Assembly: GCF_006345805.1 (NCBI RefSeq)
Contig: NC_043000.1
Location: 149,234,001-149,298,000 of the forward strand
Length of the DNA stretch: 64,000 nt
Source: Octopus sinensis
Taxonomy: Eukaryota
Direction of reading: 5' to 3'
This document shows, piece after piece, positions 63,073 through 64,000 of the stretch; the first letter of the stretch is position 1; each line of letters begins with the position of its first letter. The notes under the pieces were generated by a model. The model did no database searches, was not told where the DNA came from, and worked only from the letters and a program-made list of their open reading frames with translations. The position numbers and the translations under genes are program-made.

Positions 63073-63371
63073 TCTTTATATATAAAAGTGAAGTTGTGTG
63101 TCTGTCTCCTATGATTTAGATTCCTAACTACTCCCACATTTTGCGGTGCAGTTTAACCAAAAGTGGGTATCTTATAGTCGTGATTCATATCGAGCCCTTC
63201 TGGGTATTAGCGCACGTCTACGATGAGTCTACGATTTAAAAAAAAAATTACCATCATTTTTTCCCATTTTTAATGCACTTTTTTGCTATTATATCAGGGA
63301 AGTAACTCTCTAAAAATGCTTATATAGTTATTTCCCTTACAAACCCGAGCAACGCCGGGCGATACTGCTAG
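63073..63371 (+). mobile_element. Helitron-like element (short variant)
   Basis: A|TC...CTAG|T with a single internal module. Confidence 0.85.
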
Positions 63372-64000
63372 TTGATAATATATCTTCTTCCTTTATATTA
63401 GTATAATCGATATCTGCCTCTTCCTCGTGTACATCTGCGGTGCTGAAGGTCACATCAAGTTTACTTATTTGCATATCTCTGAGTGGAGAAGTGGAAAGAC
63501 TTAGGAATTGTTTATTTAGTATTTCAGTTATCCTTACAGAGTTTGCAATCAGTGTACCATTTTCTTCGAACAGTAGCCCTATATTGTAGCACACAGAGGC
63601 AGATTCTCTTGCAAATTTTAAGAAGGCTTGAGGATTCATTTTTATATTTTCATCCACCCTGTTTTTTTCTTTCTTCTCCATTTTTTTGTGGGAGAGTTTA
63701 TTTTCGATCTCTAAAAGTACATCTTTGAGGTGGGGTTTATCGCTGTCATCAAATTGCTTATCTAAGCGATTGATCTTTGAGGGTTACCCACTCGCAAACA
63801 AATGTGGTAACATATAACAATATTGACCAAGGTTACCGTGGTCTTTTTCGTAGGCTTTTCTTCCCACGGATAAACCTTACTTGCTTTCCCCTTTACACCA
63901 TACATCATGACACTGTGATACACGATCCCTATTGATCTTTTTTCTTCCTCTCCCCCCTTTTTTTCCCTTTTTTCTTCTTTTTTTCATTTCTCTTTTCCTT

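Larger units (their letters stand above)
57850..63800 (-). mobile_element. CR1-like LINE remnant split by a hAT and a Helitron
   Basis: Removing the inserts gives NIKMNPQAF...EILNKQF, EEDILS|IIVEINSDSA, and YRSISLT|SRVRKAMEH. Confidence 0.78.

Overview
Eukaryotic, AT-rich, repeat-dominated window. The SINE/LINE families and (TA)n/(CA)n load point to an octopus (coleoid cephalopod) genome; this is inferred from recalled repeat families, not from a search. No intact protein-coding gene is recognisable, and most track ORFs are microsatellite or antisense translations. Decayed mobile elements present: RTE LINEs (two long copies carrying a PHD-type zinc finger, many 5'-truncated tails, one concatemerised 3' UTR), CR1-like LINEs, at least seven Penelope-like (GIY-YIG/RT) fragments, three tRNA-derived SINE families, mariner, Tc1, two hAT transposases, a hAT MITE, a Helitron-like family and three fold-back palindromes. 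There is one 100-N assembly gap. Most notable: type I hammerhead ribozyme motifs in Penelope terminal regions; a LINE/SINE shared 3' tail with a covarying hairpin; a CRE+CCAAT module array; a CR1 > hAT > (Helitron, MITE, SINE) nest with an exact 8-bp TSD; and a microhomology-bounded tandem duplication. All coordinates and identities were read by eye.
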